In this document: in pieces, positions 31,135-36,631 of the stretch
Layout: every line of letters begins with the position of its first letter
Position numbering within the stretch: the stretch's first letter is position 1
IMG/VR virus record: IMGVR_UViG_3300045988_020874
Location: 1-36,631 of that record
DNA from: a virus
Length of the DNA stretch: 36,631 nt
Reading direction: 5' to 3' (one strand)
The notes under the pieces: model-generated
What the model was told of the DNA's origin: nothing
The model's database searches: none
What the model saw: only the letters and a program-made list of their open reading frames with translations
Position numbers and translations under genes: made by a program

Positions 31135-32415
31135 TCACCCTAGAATTGATTTGTATTGTCTTGATTGGCTGCGCTTGACGAGTTTTTTTGTTTTTACAAG
31201 ATACCTGATAGCATCCATTGCGTGATCTGACTGTTTTATAACTGCATCCCTGCCTTTGTCAGCCGCTGTTGGGTCCCATGCATAGATGCCAAACTCCTCG
31301 ATCGTGTGCGTGCAAGACGGGTCAAACGATAATTTGTCTTGTGTCAACATCGTCTCAACGTCTGCTATCCCATCATTAACAGTGTTATCCGCCTTTTTAA
31401 CCTTGTGCCCTCTACTGCGTAACTCCACGATGAGAGCGGCGGCGGATGGATCAACAATGACCAAATCATCTTTCTGCCCGTTTAGCGTATCCTCTAGTCC
31501 TTTTACCAGCTCGCTGACCGGCTTCATTCGGTTGTTCTCCCTGCCAGAATAGTAGTATTCTTTTACGCAGTGCCAGTTACCGGTATCTACTCTTTTTTGC
31601 CAGACCAGGAAGACGGTGGCGTTCTGCATACCAAAATCGGAGCTAACAATTATCTCCCCGCTAGTCTCCGCCTTACAAACGTGCCTTTCTTCCGAAAACA
31701 TATCATACACAAGCCCCTCGGCCACTGCCCAGTTGCCTAGTATGTAGCGTTGATACCTGTGTGTCCCTGAGTACTCTTTTATCAGTTCGTCTACTACCGC
31801 CGGGGGTAGGCAGCCATCGTGTATGTTGTACGCCTGTTGGAATATATCTGCATCAGAATCCAGAAATCCCTTAAACCAGTGTTTCGGTCCCGCCGGATTG
31901 CAAGTGCCATCGAAATGACTGTGTGACGTCCTGAGACGAGATTTTAACATCTCGAAAACTTCTTGGTTCCACGTTGTCACCTCATCGCCGTATGCGTACT
32001 CAATCGTTGCCCCCTGTATTCTTGCAACGTGTTTCTTATTGTCGGCACCTAATGCATATACTTTTTTGCCAAACAGCTGTACTGTATTGTCACTCCGTAT
32101 CTCGCCTACCAGCTCCTCACCCCATATCTCTCGCATGGGGTCAAGTATGTTACGTTGTAGCGTGCCTCTGGTGTTTCCCAACATCACAGCCAGCCCTAAT
32201 CCTTTTAGGTGTGTCAGGCGCTGAGGAATTACGATTGTGTAGTCCACAAATGATTTCCCGGAACCTGTAGCACCGGTCTTTACGTTCCAACGATGGTTAC
32301 AGCCTTGCAGGTATTCTGCCTGCTTGCTAGTCAATGGCACTATCGACACCCCCAAGGATTTCAATAGCTTTCGCCAGTGCTTTGTCGCTTGCACTCTCTG
32401 ACTGTGGCTTATCAC
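31135..32415 (-). CDS. terL: Terminase large subunit (PBSX/XtmB-like)
   Basis: Walker A motif KTGATGSGKS. The ORF is up to 426 aa. The true start may be the GTG at 32340 or 32349, just at the terS stop, rather than the ATG at 32415. Confidence 0.9.
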   Translation of the reverse strand: MISHSQRVQATKHWRKLLKSLGVSIVPLTSKQAEYLQGCNHRWNVKTGATGSGKSFVDYTIVIPQRLTHLKGLGLAVMLGNTRGTLQRNILDPMREIWGEELVGEIRSDNTVQLFGKKVYALGADNKKHVARIQGATIEYAYGDEVTTWNQEVFEMLKSRLRTSHSHFDGTCNPAGPKHWFKGFLDSDADIFQQAYNIHDGCLPPAVVDELIKEYSGTHRYQRYILGNWAVAEGLVYDMFSEERHVCKAETSGEIIVSSDFGMQNATVFLVWQKRVDTGNWHCVKEYYYSGRENNRMKPVSELVKGLEDTLNGQKDDLVIVDPSAAALIVELRSRGHKVKKADNTVNDGIADVETMLTQDKLSFDPSCTHTIEEFGIYAWDPTAADKGRDAVIKQSDHAMDAIRYLVKTKKLVKRSQSRQYKSILG

Positions 32416-32773
32416 GCCATTGTTCTGGCTTTCTGTTCTTTAACCAAAATATTTGCGCTGTCGTATCCGGTGCGACGTGTTTTTTTGTTACTTTTCGCTC
32501 CGTCATTACTCCGCCTTCGTACTTTTCGCTCGTCTCCTCGTAGCTGTACCCTAGTGCCCGTTGCAACAGGCTTTTTTCTACCTGCCTATCCACAACATCT
32601 TTTCCCTTTTTTAAGGTATCGGCTAAAATTGGAAATTTTTTCTTCCATGTATATAAGGTATCTGGGTTAATACCGATGTTCGCCGCAATCTCTTTGTCTG
32701 TGCATCCATCTCGCGCCCATCCCTCTAGCTTAAGTAACCCTTCTTGGGTCAGCCACTCCTGGTATTTACTTAT
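32327..32773 (-). CDS. terS: Terminase small subunit; the in-frame N-terminal HTH region lacks a canonical start codon
   Basis: In-frame translation from 32773 reads ISKYQEWLTQEGLLKLEGWARDGCTDKEIAANIGINPDTLYTWKKKFPILADTLKKGKDVVDRQVEKSLLQRALGY...AQIFWLKNRKPEQWRDK. The track reports only the 88-aa part from the GTG at 32593. See findings. Confidence 0.75.
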   Translation of the reverse strand: MSKYQEWLTQEGLLKLEGWARDGCTDKEIAANIGINPDTLYTWKKKFPILADTLKKGKDVVDRQVEKSLLQRALGYSYEETSEKYEGGVMTERKVTKKHVAPDTTAQIFWLKNRKPEQWRDKPQSESASDKALAKAIEILGGVDSAID

Positions 32774-32804
32774 CCCATTTTGGGGTCACCTCCTAAATGC
32801 AACC

Positions 32805-32836
32805 ATAACCCCGTAATGAATTGTTTACGGGGTTAT
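32805..32836. promoter_or_regulatory. Perfect 12-bp stem-loop just upstream of the terS RBS
   Basis: ataaccccgtaa - tgaattgt - ttacggggttat. No U-tract follows on either strand. Confidence 0.5.
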
Positions 32837-32912
32837 ATGAAAGGAAAGAAAATATGAAAAAAATCGTTTACGCCAGTTGCATAATGCAACTAAATACAAG
32901 TATAAGGAATTG

Positions 32913-33133
32913 CACCTTAACAGCCGCCGGGGTAAGACTAATAAAGCGGCTGGTCCCTAAACACTTGTAGACCCGCAACCTGTATGGAACGTAAGGCACC
33001 GTGGGATAGGTGTCTTACGCACTCTCTTTTACGCGGGTGAGAGTCTACACTTTTACCACAAAAAGATGAGGAGGTTATGTCTCACAAAAAGTTACCAGTA
33101 CTCGTCCGTACAAGTGTATTGTACGGCATTTTT
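32913..33133 (+). ncRNA. Candidate plus-strand (antisense) small RNA in the late-operon leader
   Basis: Putative promoter TTGCAT (32877-32882), an 18-nt spacer, TATAAG (32901-32906). Nested helices lie at 32967-33048. Terminator-like hairpin ccgtacaa-gtgta-ttgtacgg plus cattttt lies at 33106-33133. No homology was checked. Confidence 0.3.
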
Positions 33134-33153
33134 CAAGCCATGTTAGACAAACA

Positions 33154-33186
33154 TAAAAAAAGAGAGGGAGATAATTCTCCCCCTCT
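33154..33186 (-). terminator. Rho-independent terminator after the late-regulator gene
   Basis: Minus strand reads AGAGGGGGAGA-ATTA-TCTCCCTCTCT (11 bp, one G-U pair) followed by TTTTTT. It overlaps the TAG stop at 33185-33187. Confidence 0.75.
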
Positions 33187-33487
33187 AATATCCCGCATAT
33201 TTCCCAGCTAAATTGGCGAAAGCACTAAGCCATCTGCGTATAGTCATTTCTGCATATCCAAGCTTATCCGCCGCCCCTGCTATCGTGTATCTATCCTCAA
33301 AATATACCAGCTGTACAGCTTTCATTCTGTCCTCTCCGTTGTCCATTCCCTCTGTCTGCTTTATCGCCTTGTTGATAGCGTACATCCATAGGGCTGACTG
33401 GGCTGTATTTTCTGCAATCAGTTTATCTGGGTATTTTTTTACCTGCTTTACTGCGTGTCCATACCAGTCGTGTTTGGGATTGCTCAT
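33185..33487 (-). CDS. Putative late-gene transcriptional regulator (RinA/ArpU-like, region-4-type HTH)
   Basis: 100 aa. The C-terminal VQLVYFEDRYTIAGAADKLGYAEMTIRRWLSAFANLAG matches the pattern of phage late activators. Positioned upstream of the packaging genes. Confidence 0.5.
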   Translation of the reverse strand: MSNPKHDWYGHAVKQVKKYPDKLIAENTAQSALWMYAINKAIKQTEGMDNGEDRMKAVQLVYFEDRYTIAGAADKLGYAEMTIRRWLSAFANLAGKYAGY

Positions 33488-33720
33488 CGTTCTATCTCCC
33501 CGTTTCTTCCAACTTTTTTAAACCTCACTCTTTGTAGCGCGTCAGGGTACTTTGTTGTATTGACTCCCGAAAAAAATTGTTTTAAATCTCTACTCCATGT
33601 AAGCTGGGAAGGTGTAAAGTCTTTGTATATTACTTCTATTTTAAGAGACTCGGAATTTACTACAACGTCCGTTACGATATATAATTCTCCTTTGAAGTGC
33701 CTGTATATACAACCAGTCAT
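33484..33720 (-). CDS. DUF1653-like protein
   Basis: 78 aa from the ATG at 33720. Has YRHFKGELYIV...E..VIY motifs. The track ORF extends further upstream. Confidence 0.55.
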   Translation of the reverse strand: MTGCIYRHFKGELYIVTDVVVNSESLKIEVIYKDFTPSQLTWSRDLKQFFSGVNTTKYPDALQRVRFKKVGRNGEIER

Positions 33721-33728
33721 TTCTTCTT

Positions 33729-33836
33729 TCAAATATTGCACGCTCCTTCTGTTGTTCCAAACTTGCACTCCTCACACCTTCCTGTGCAAGCTTTTCTGAT
33801 TGTTTCTAATGCGTTCATCATTTCTTTTCTGTCCAT
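33729..33836 (-). CDS. Cys-rich mini-protein (35 aa)
   Basis: ATG at 33836 with AGGAGG 7 nt upstream. Translation is MDRKEMMNALETIRKACTGRCEECKFGTTEGACNI. Below the track cutoff. Confidence 0.55.
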   Translation of the reverse strand: MDRKEMMNALETIRKACTGRCEECKFGTTEGACNI

Positions 33837-33851
33837 TTTTGTTCCTCCTGT

Positions 33852-34049
33852 TTAAAAATATGTGAGCGTACCTGCAACGTTGTTTGCCATCAACTCGACT
33901 CGTTTCAAATATCTTAATTGATTCTGGATGTATGCATCGGAATCTTTGCCTCCCATTGACCTCCAGTCAGATATTCGCTTATCTACATCCTGAAGAACAT
34001 TAATCGGAATCATATCAAGATTGATATCTTTAAGGCTAAGCTGTTTCAT
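33852..34049 (-). CDS. Hypothetical protein (65 aa)
   Basis: ORF in series with its neighbours. No motif recognised. Confidence 0.55.
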   Translation of the reverse strand: MKQLSLKDINLDMIPINVLQDVDKRISDWRSMGGKDSDAYIQNQLRYLKRVELMANNVAGTLTYF

Positions 34050-34066
34050 ATAGTTTTATCACTCCT

Positions 34067-34345
34067 TTATATATGCTCATGTGGTTCGACCGGTTCCCAG
34101 TGTTTTTCAGCTTCCTGCTCAATCAATCGGTTATATCGCTCCACAAATTCATCCTCGCTTATTTCGCCCTGCATAAATTTTTCTGATATGCTCACGTAGG
34201 TGTTTATTGGTATCCTTTTCAGTCGGTTACACCGCTTCGTAAACTCCTCATCACTTATTTCATCTTTTATGTATTGCTGTGATAAACCCATATATGTATC
34301 CGGCTCTATCGCATCTATGTGCTTCTCATCCTCTCTGTCGCTCAT
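34067..34345 (-). CDS. Hypothetical protein (92 aa) with an internal duplication
   Basis: Two related segments are present: QQYIKDEISDEEFTKRCNRLKRI and EKFMQGEISEDEFVERYNRLIEQ. Confidence 0.55.
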   Translation of the reverse strand: MSDREDEKHIDAIEPDTYMGLSQQYIKDEISDEEFTKRCNRLKRIPINTYVSISEKFMQGEISEDEFVERYNRLIEQEAEKHWEPVEPHEHI

Positions 34346-34532
34346 ACCTTACTACCTCCCCATCATCCATCCTTATACGGATAATCGTTGGATACTTGCT
34401 TGCTGCGCAAGAATATTTCGCACTTACAATACCCGTAGGATTGTGATGGCTTCCTTCACATTTATTATAGTCATGGCTGCTTTCATATACTGTACCGCAA
34501 ATTTTGCAAATATATCGTTTGTCGTTTAACAT
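34326..34532 (-). CDS. Zinc-ribbon-like small protein (68 aa)
   Basis: Has CKIC...H...C..SHH at the N-terminus. Confidence 0.55.
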   Translation of the reverse strand: MLNDKRYICKICGTVYESSHDYNKCEGSHHNPTGIVSAKYSCAASKYPTIIRIRMDDGEVVRYERQRG

Positions 34533-34535
34533 CTT

Positions 34536-34844
34536 TCACTCCCACTTCCTTATTCTTCCGCACACTTTCGTCCACTCCCTCGCAAATCTCTTTTCCGCCA
34601 AGTCGCTTGGGAAAAACTTTGTTTTTTTGTTTTTGTTTCCTCTGTTTCTCAGCTCCCTTTCTACGGCTTCAATTTTTCCCCTCGATTTAGGTGTTTTGCG
34701 TAGTTCGGTCATTGCTTCCCTTAGCTCTTGTTCTGTGCATCCCACCAAGAATGTGGCTCGGTCAAGGCTTGGTATTTCATATAGTTTTTTCGCTACTTCG
34801 TTTTGTATTTTATCAAAATCTTCATCTTTCAGCCCGTATGGCAT
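34536..34844 (-). CDS. Hypothetical protein (102 aa)
   Basis: ORF in series. Has a basic C-terminal half. Confidence 0.55.
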   Translation of the reverse strand: MPYGLKDEDFDKIQNEVAKKLYEIPSLDRATFLVGCTEQELREAMTELRKTPKSRGKIEAVERELRNRGNKNKKTKFFPSDLAEKRFAREWTKVCGRIRKWE

Positions 34845-34846
34845 TT

Positions 34847-35170
34847 TTATTTCTCCTCCTCTTTCATCATTAACTCAACCCATTTTCTCGCTATTTCTTC
34901 TTGTGTGTCTTCAACATCATCCCACGCATCTGTGTTGCAGGCTAGTATTTCACAAATCAATATAACTTCTGCCATATTTCTGCGTAAAACACTCTCTGCT
35001 TTTAACACTTCCGCTGGGGTTGGGTTAAATCCCATAATTTCTGCGCGTATCGTTGCGGCTTTGGATAATTCATCCGCCTTTTCCGTTAATTTGCTAAACA
35101 ATACGCCTATTTCTAAATGTTCTAACAAATAGTCTTTCACTTCACTGTTTTGCATTTCTTCTACTTTCAT
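34847..35170 (-). CDS. Hypothetical protein (107 aa), possibly MazG-like all-alpha NTP pyrophosphohydrolase fold
   Basis: Helical, with an E-rich motif spacing (LEHLEIG...EKADELSKA...AEVILICEIL..D). The assignment is weak. Confidence 0.3.
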   Translation of the reverse strand: MKVEEMQNSEVKDYLLEHLEIGVLFSKLTEKADELSKAATIRAEIMGFNPTPAEVLKAESVLRRNMAEVILICEILACNTDAWDDVEDTQEEIARKWVELMMKEEEK

Positions 35171-35184
35171 TTTCTTTCCTTTCC

Positions 35185-35205
35185 CCTCCGGAATAAATCC
35201 GGAGG
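35185..35205 (-). promoter_or_regulatory. Hairpin overlapping the RBS of 34847..35170
   Basis: Minus strand reads CCTCCGGA-TTTAT-TCCGGAGG. The 3' arm supplies the GGAGG of the RBS. Confidence 0.35.
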
Positions 35206-35262
35206 AATCAATGGCATATAGCTCCTCATGGAACCGTTAACGTGTTGCTGTAATGTGTATCC

Positions 35263-35445
35263 TTAACCCCGGAGGGTGTCCAGCTGTTTTATCCAGTCAA
35301 ACGGCATTTTATTGACCAGTAGGCAATTTTTACATACATTTCCTATATCAAAAATGCATTCGTCGCAATATACGTGTTCGATGCAGTACTTCTTGAGTGT
35401 CTCTGCCGCTTTTCTTGCTTCTAAGTCTCCTGTTTTTTCCATCAC
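35263..35445 (-). CDS. Cys-rich small protein (60 aa)
   Basis: Contains YCIEHVYCDECIFDIGNVCKNC. Confidence 0.55.
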   Translation of the reverse strand: MMEKTGDLEARKAAETLKKYCIEHVYCDECIFDIGNVCKNCLLVNKMPFDWIKQLDTLRG

Positions 35446-35783
35446 TCCACCTCTTTGATCGTGATGCCGTATCTCTCAAGCATTAATTTGCGTTTGATAA
35501 TGTACTCTGGATTTTTTCTTGTGCGTGGAGATTTTACGTCCTCGACAATAATCTTGCCCTCTTTGTCTGTGTAACGGAAATCTGCTGTATATGATACAGG
35601 GCGTTCTGTAGTGCCATCCTCTCGTTTCTGGCTGCCCACAAGGATGTATCTAGCCTGTCGCTCTAATCCTGTAATTTTCCCCGCTTCTTGCATTGTCGCC
35701 AGTTCTAAATAGCGATGCATTTCTCTCTTGCTGTCAAACTTCCCATCTTTCGTAAAAATCTTTTTATTTCTAAATTTGTTCAA
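35442..35783 (-). CDS. DUF1064-family protein (nuclease-fold phage protein)
   Basis: 113 aa from the TTG at 35783 (RBS GGGAGG, overlapping the upstream TGA). NKFRNKKIFTKDGKFDSKREMHRYLELATMQEAGKITGLERQ matches the DUF1064 N-terminal pattern. The longer track ORF is rejected. Confidence 0.65.
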   Translation of the reverse strand: MNKFRNKKIFTKDGKFDSKREMHRYLELATMQEAGKITGLERQARYILVGSQKREDGTTERPVSYTADFRYTDKEGKIIVEDVKSPRTRKNPEYIIKRKLMLERYGITIKEVE

Positions 35784-36067
35784 AGGTAATTCCTCCCAAA
35801 TGTTTTGATAAATTCTTCCCTCGTTCCGTTGTTCTCCTCCCAGTACTTCTGCGCTAGCTCCTTGAGATACCTGTCTAGTGGTCCGTTGGGATTGCGATGT
35901 ACTGCCTCGCCACCGTTGGTATGGTGATTCAAACACAAATAAACTGTAAAACCATACTTTTCGGCTTGTTTTCTGTTGCTACTGCCATATAAAACATGAT
36001 GTCTGTGCAGATTTCTAGTCGTTTTGCAGAAAAAACACTCTTTTTTCGTTTGTAGTACGCTATTCAT
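35780..36067 (-). CDS. HNH-like zinc-binding protein (phage family, function unclear)
   Basis: Contains CFFCKTTRNLHRHHVLYGSSNRKQAEKYGFTVYLCLNHH. The likely start is the ATG at 36067 (RBS GAGGA) rather than 36088. Confidence 0.5.
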   Translation of the reverse strand: MNSVLQTKKECFFCKTTRNLHRHHVLYGSSNRKQAEKYGFTVYLCLNHHTNGGEAVHRNPNGPLDRYLKELAQKYWEENNGTREEFIKTFGRNYL

Positions 36068-36631
36068 TGCCAGAATCCTCGCTTGCAAAATGATATTCCA
36101 TCAAATCGGCAATCATTAGGTATTCTTTTGCTATTTTCCCGCTTCGTGTTTCTTTTACCTGTTTTCTAAACCCTTCTAAATCTCCATGGAAGCACCCACA
36201 ATTAACCATTATTTTTTTATTTTTTCCCCTGTAAAAAGTTGTGCAGCGGAATTTTATTCCAAAGCCCTGTACTAATGCATAATCTGCATTGTCGGACACC
36301 CTTGCATTGTCAGACACCCTTGCATCGCCGGAAACCCTTGCATCGCCGGAAACCCATGCATTGCCGAAAACCCATGCGTTGCCGGAAACCTTTGCATTGC
36401 CGGACACCTTTGCGTTGCCGAAAACCTCTGCATTGCCAGAAACCCATGCGTTGTTGTAAACCGTTGCGTTGCCAGAAACCTTTGCGTTGCTGGAAACCCA
36501 TGTGTTGCCGGAAACCTCTGCGTTGCTGAAAACCTCTGCGTTGCTGAAAACCTCTGCATCGCCGGAAACCCTTGCATCGCCGGACACCCATGCATTGCCG
36601 AAAACCCATGCGTTGCCGGAAACCTTTGCAT
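36060..36631 (-). CDS. Hexapeptide-repeat (predicted beta-helix) phage protein, C-terminal part. The ORF is open to the right window edge.
   Basis: The reading frame stays open from 36631. It has about 19 units of [G/D/S/N]NA.V. followed by a globular tail (DYALVQGFGIKFRCTTFYRGKNKKIMVNCGCFHGDLEGFRKQVKETRSGKIAKEYLMIADLMEYHF). The GTG at 36587 used by the track is internal. Confidence 0.8.
   Translation of the reverse strand, partial: AKVSGNAWVFGNAWVSGDARVSGDAEVFSNAEVFSNAEVSGNTWVSSNAKVSGNATVYNNAWVSGNAEVFGNAKVSGNAKVSGNAWVFGNAWVSGDARVSGDARVSDNARVSDNADYALVQGFGIKFRCTTFYRGKNKKIMVNCGCFHGDLEGFRKQVKETRSGKIAKEYLMIADLMEYHFASEDSGNE
36285..36631. repeat. 18-nt tandem coding repeat of the split repeat gene
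   Basis: Head-to-tail 18-nt units. 36352-36431 are identical to 1-80, and 36586-36631 are identical to 1-46. Confidence 0.9.

Larger units (their letters stand above)
1..36631. mobile_element. Temperate tailed-phage genome (siphovirus-like gene order), apparently in circular/excised form
   Basis: Full set of phage modules is present (recombination, replication, lysogeny, packaging, head, tail, lysis). Nt 1-46 are identical to 36586-36631. Integrase and the lysis/cargo end are adjacent, as expected across an unrecombined attP. Confidence 0.85.

Noticed and set aside
32790-33184. A tRNA, tmRNA or group I intron in the long non-coding leader.
   Set aside because: I could find no cloverleaf with T-loop (GTTCGAATC-like) or D-loop signatures and no intron core motifs. 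The helices present fit better with a regulatory or packaging element.
33077-33211. A 44-aa plus-strand ORF (MSHKKLPVLVRTSVLYGIFQAMLDKHKKREGDNSPPLISRIFPS) with a strong GAGGAGG RBS. A 38-aa ORF starting at 32854 was also noted.
   Set aside because: The ORF runs through a terminator-like hairpin and into the 3' end of the convergent regulator gene. The RBS-like sequence may be incidental. It is mentioned under the leader-region finding but not called as a gene.

Overview
This window looks like a complete or near-complete temperate siphovirus-type phage genome of about 36.6 kb. AGGAGG-type ribosome-binding sites and the protein families point to a Firmicutes/Clostridia host. It appears to be in the excised or circular form, not integrated. 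The first 46 nt are identical to the last 46 nt, and they join in frame inside one repeat-rich gene. The serine integrase sits directly next to the end of the lysis/cargo region, with an intact attP-like inverted repeat between them.

Gene order is as follows (most genes are on the minus strand):
- **320-5409, early genes:** NinB-like protein, ERF annealase, Gp157, G39P-like helicase loader, an initiator with an embedded iteron origin, an Ant/KilAC antirepressor, and small ORFs.
- **5410-5567:** a divergent promoter/operator switch.
- **5568-10662, plus-strand lysogeny block:** CI-like XRE repressor, a zinc-ribbon/DUF4352-like membrane protein, a minus-strand three-gene unknown operon, two more XRE regulators, and a large serine recombinase.
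- **10776-13884:** a cargo module of compositionally odd proteins.
- **13987-32773, late genes:** holin, tail (fibre with a metallophosphoesterase domain, Tal, Dit, tape measure, frameshifted chaperone, major tail protein), head-tail joining, capsid, scaffold, a GH25 endolysin displaced into the head module, minor head protein, portal, TerL and TerS.
- **32790-33184:** a structured 390-nt leader.
- **33185-36631:** late-regulator and small-protein genes.

The observations I consider most worth follow-up are:
- a hammerhead-ribozyme-like core in the early operon (4864-4929);
- a duplicated inverted promoter module driving an unknown three-gene operon that includes a very acidic protein;
- the cargo module next to attP;
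- terS lacking a canonical in-frame start codon;
- the structured leader upstream of terS.

All family assignments come from motif recognition by eye. No database search was run.
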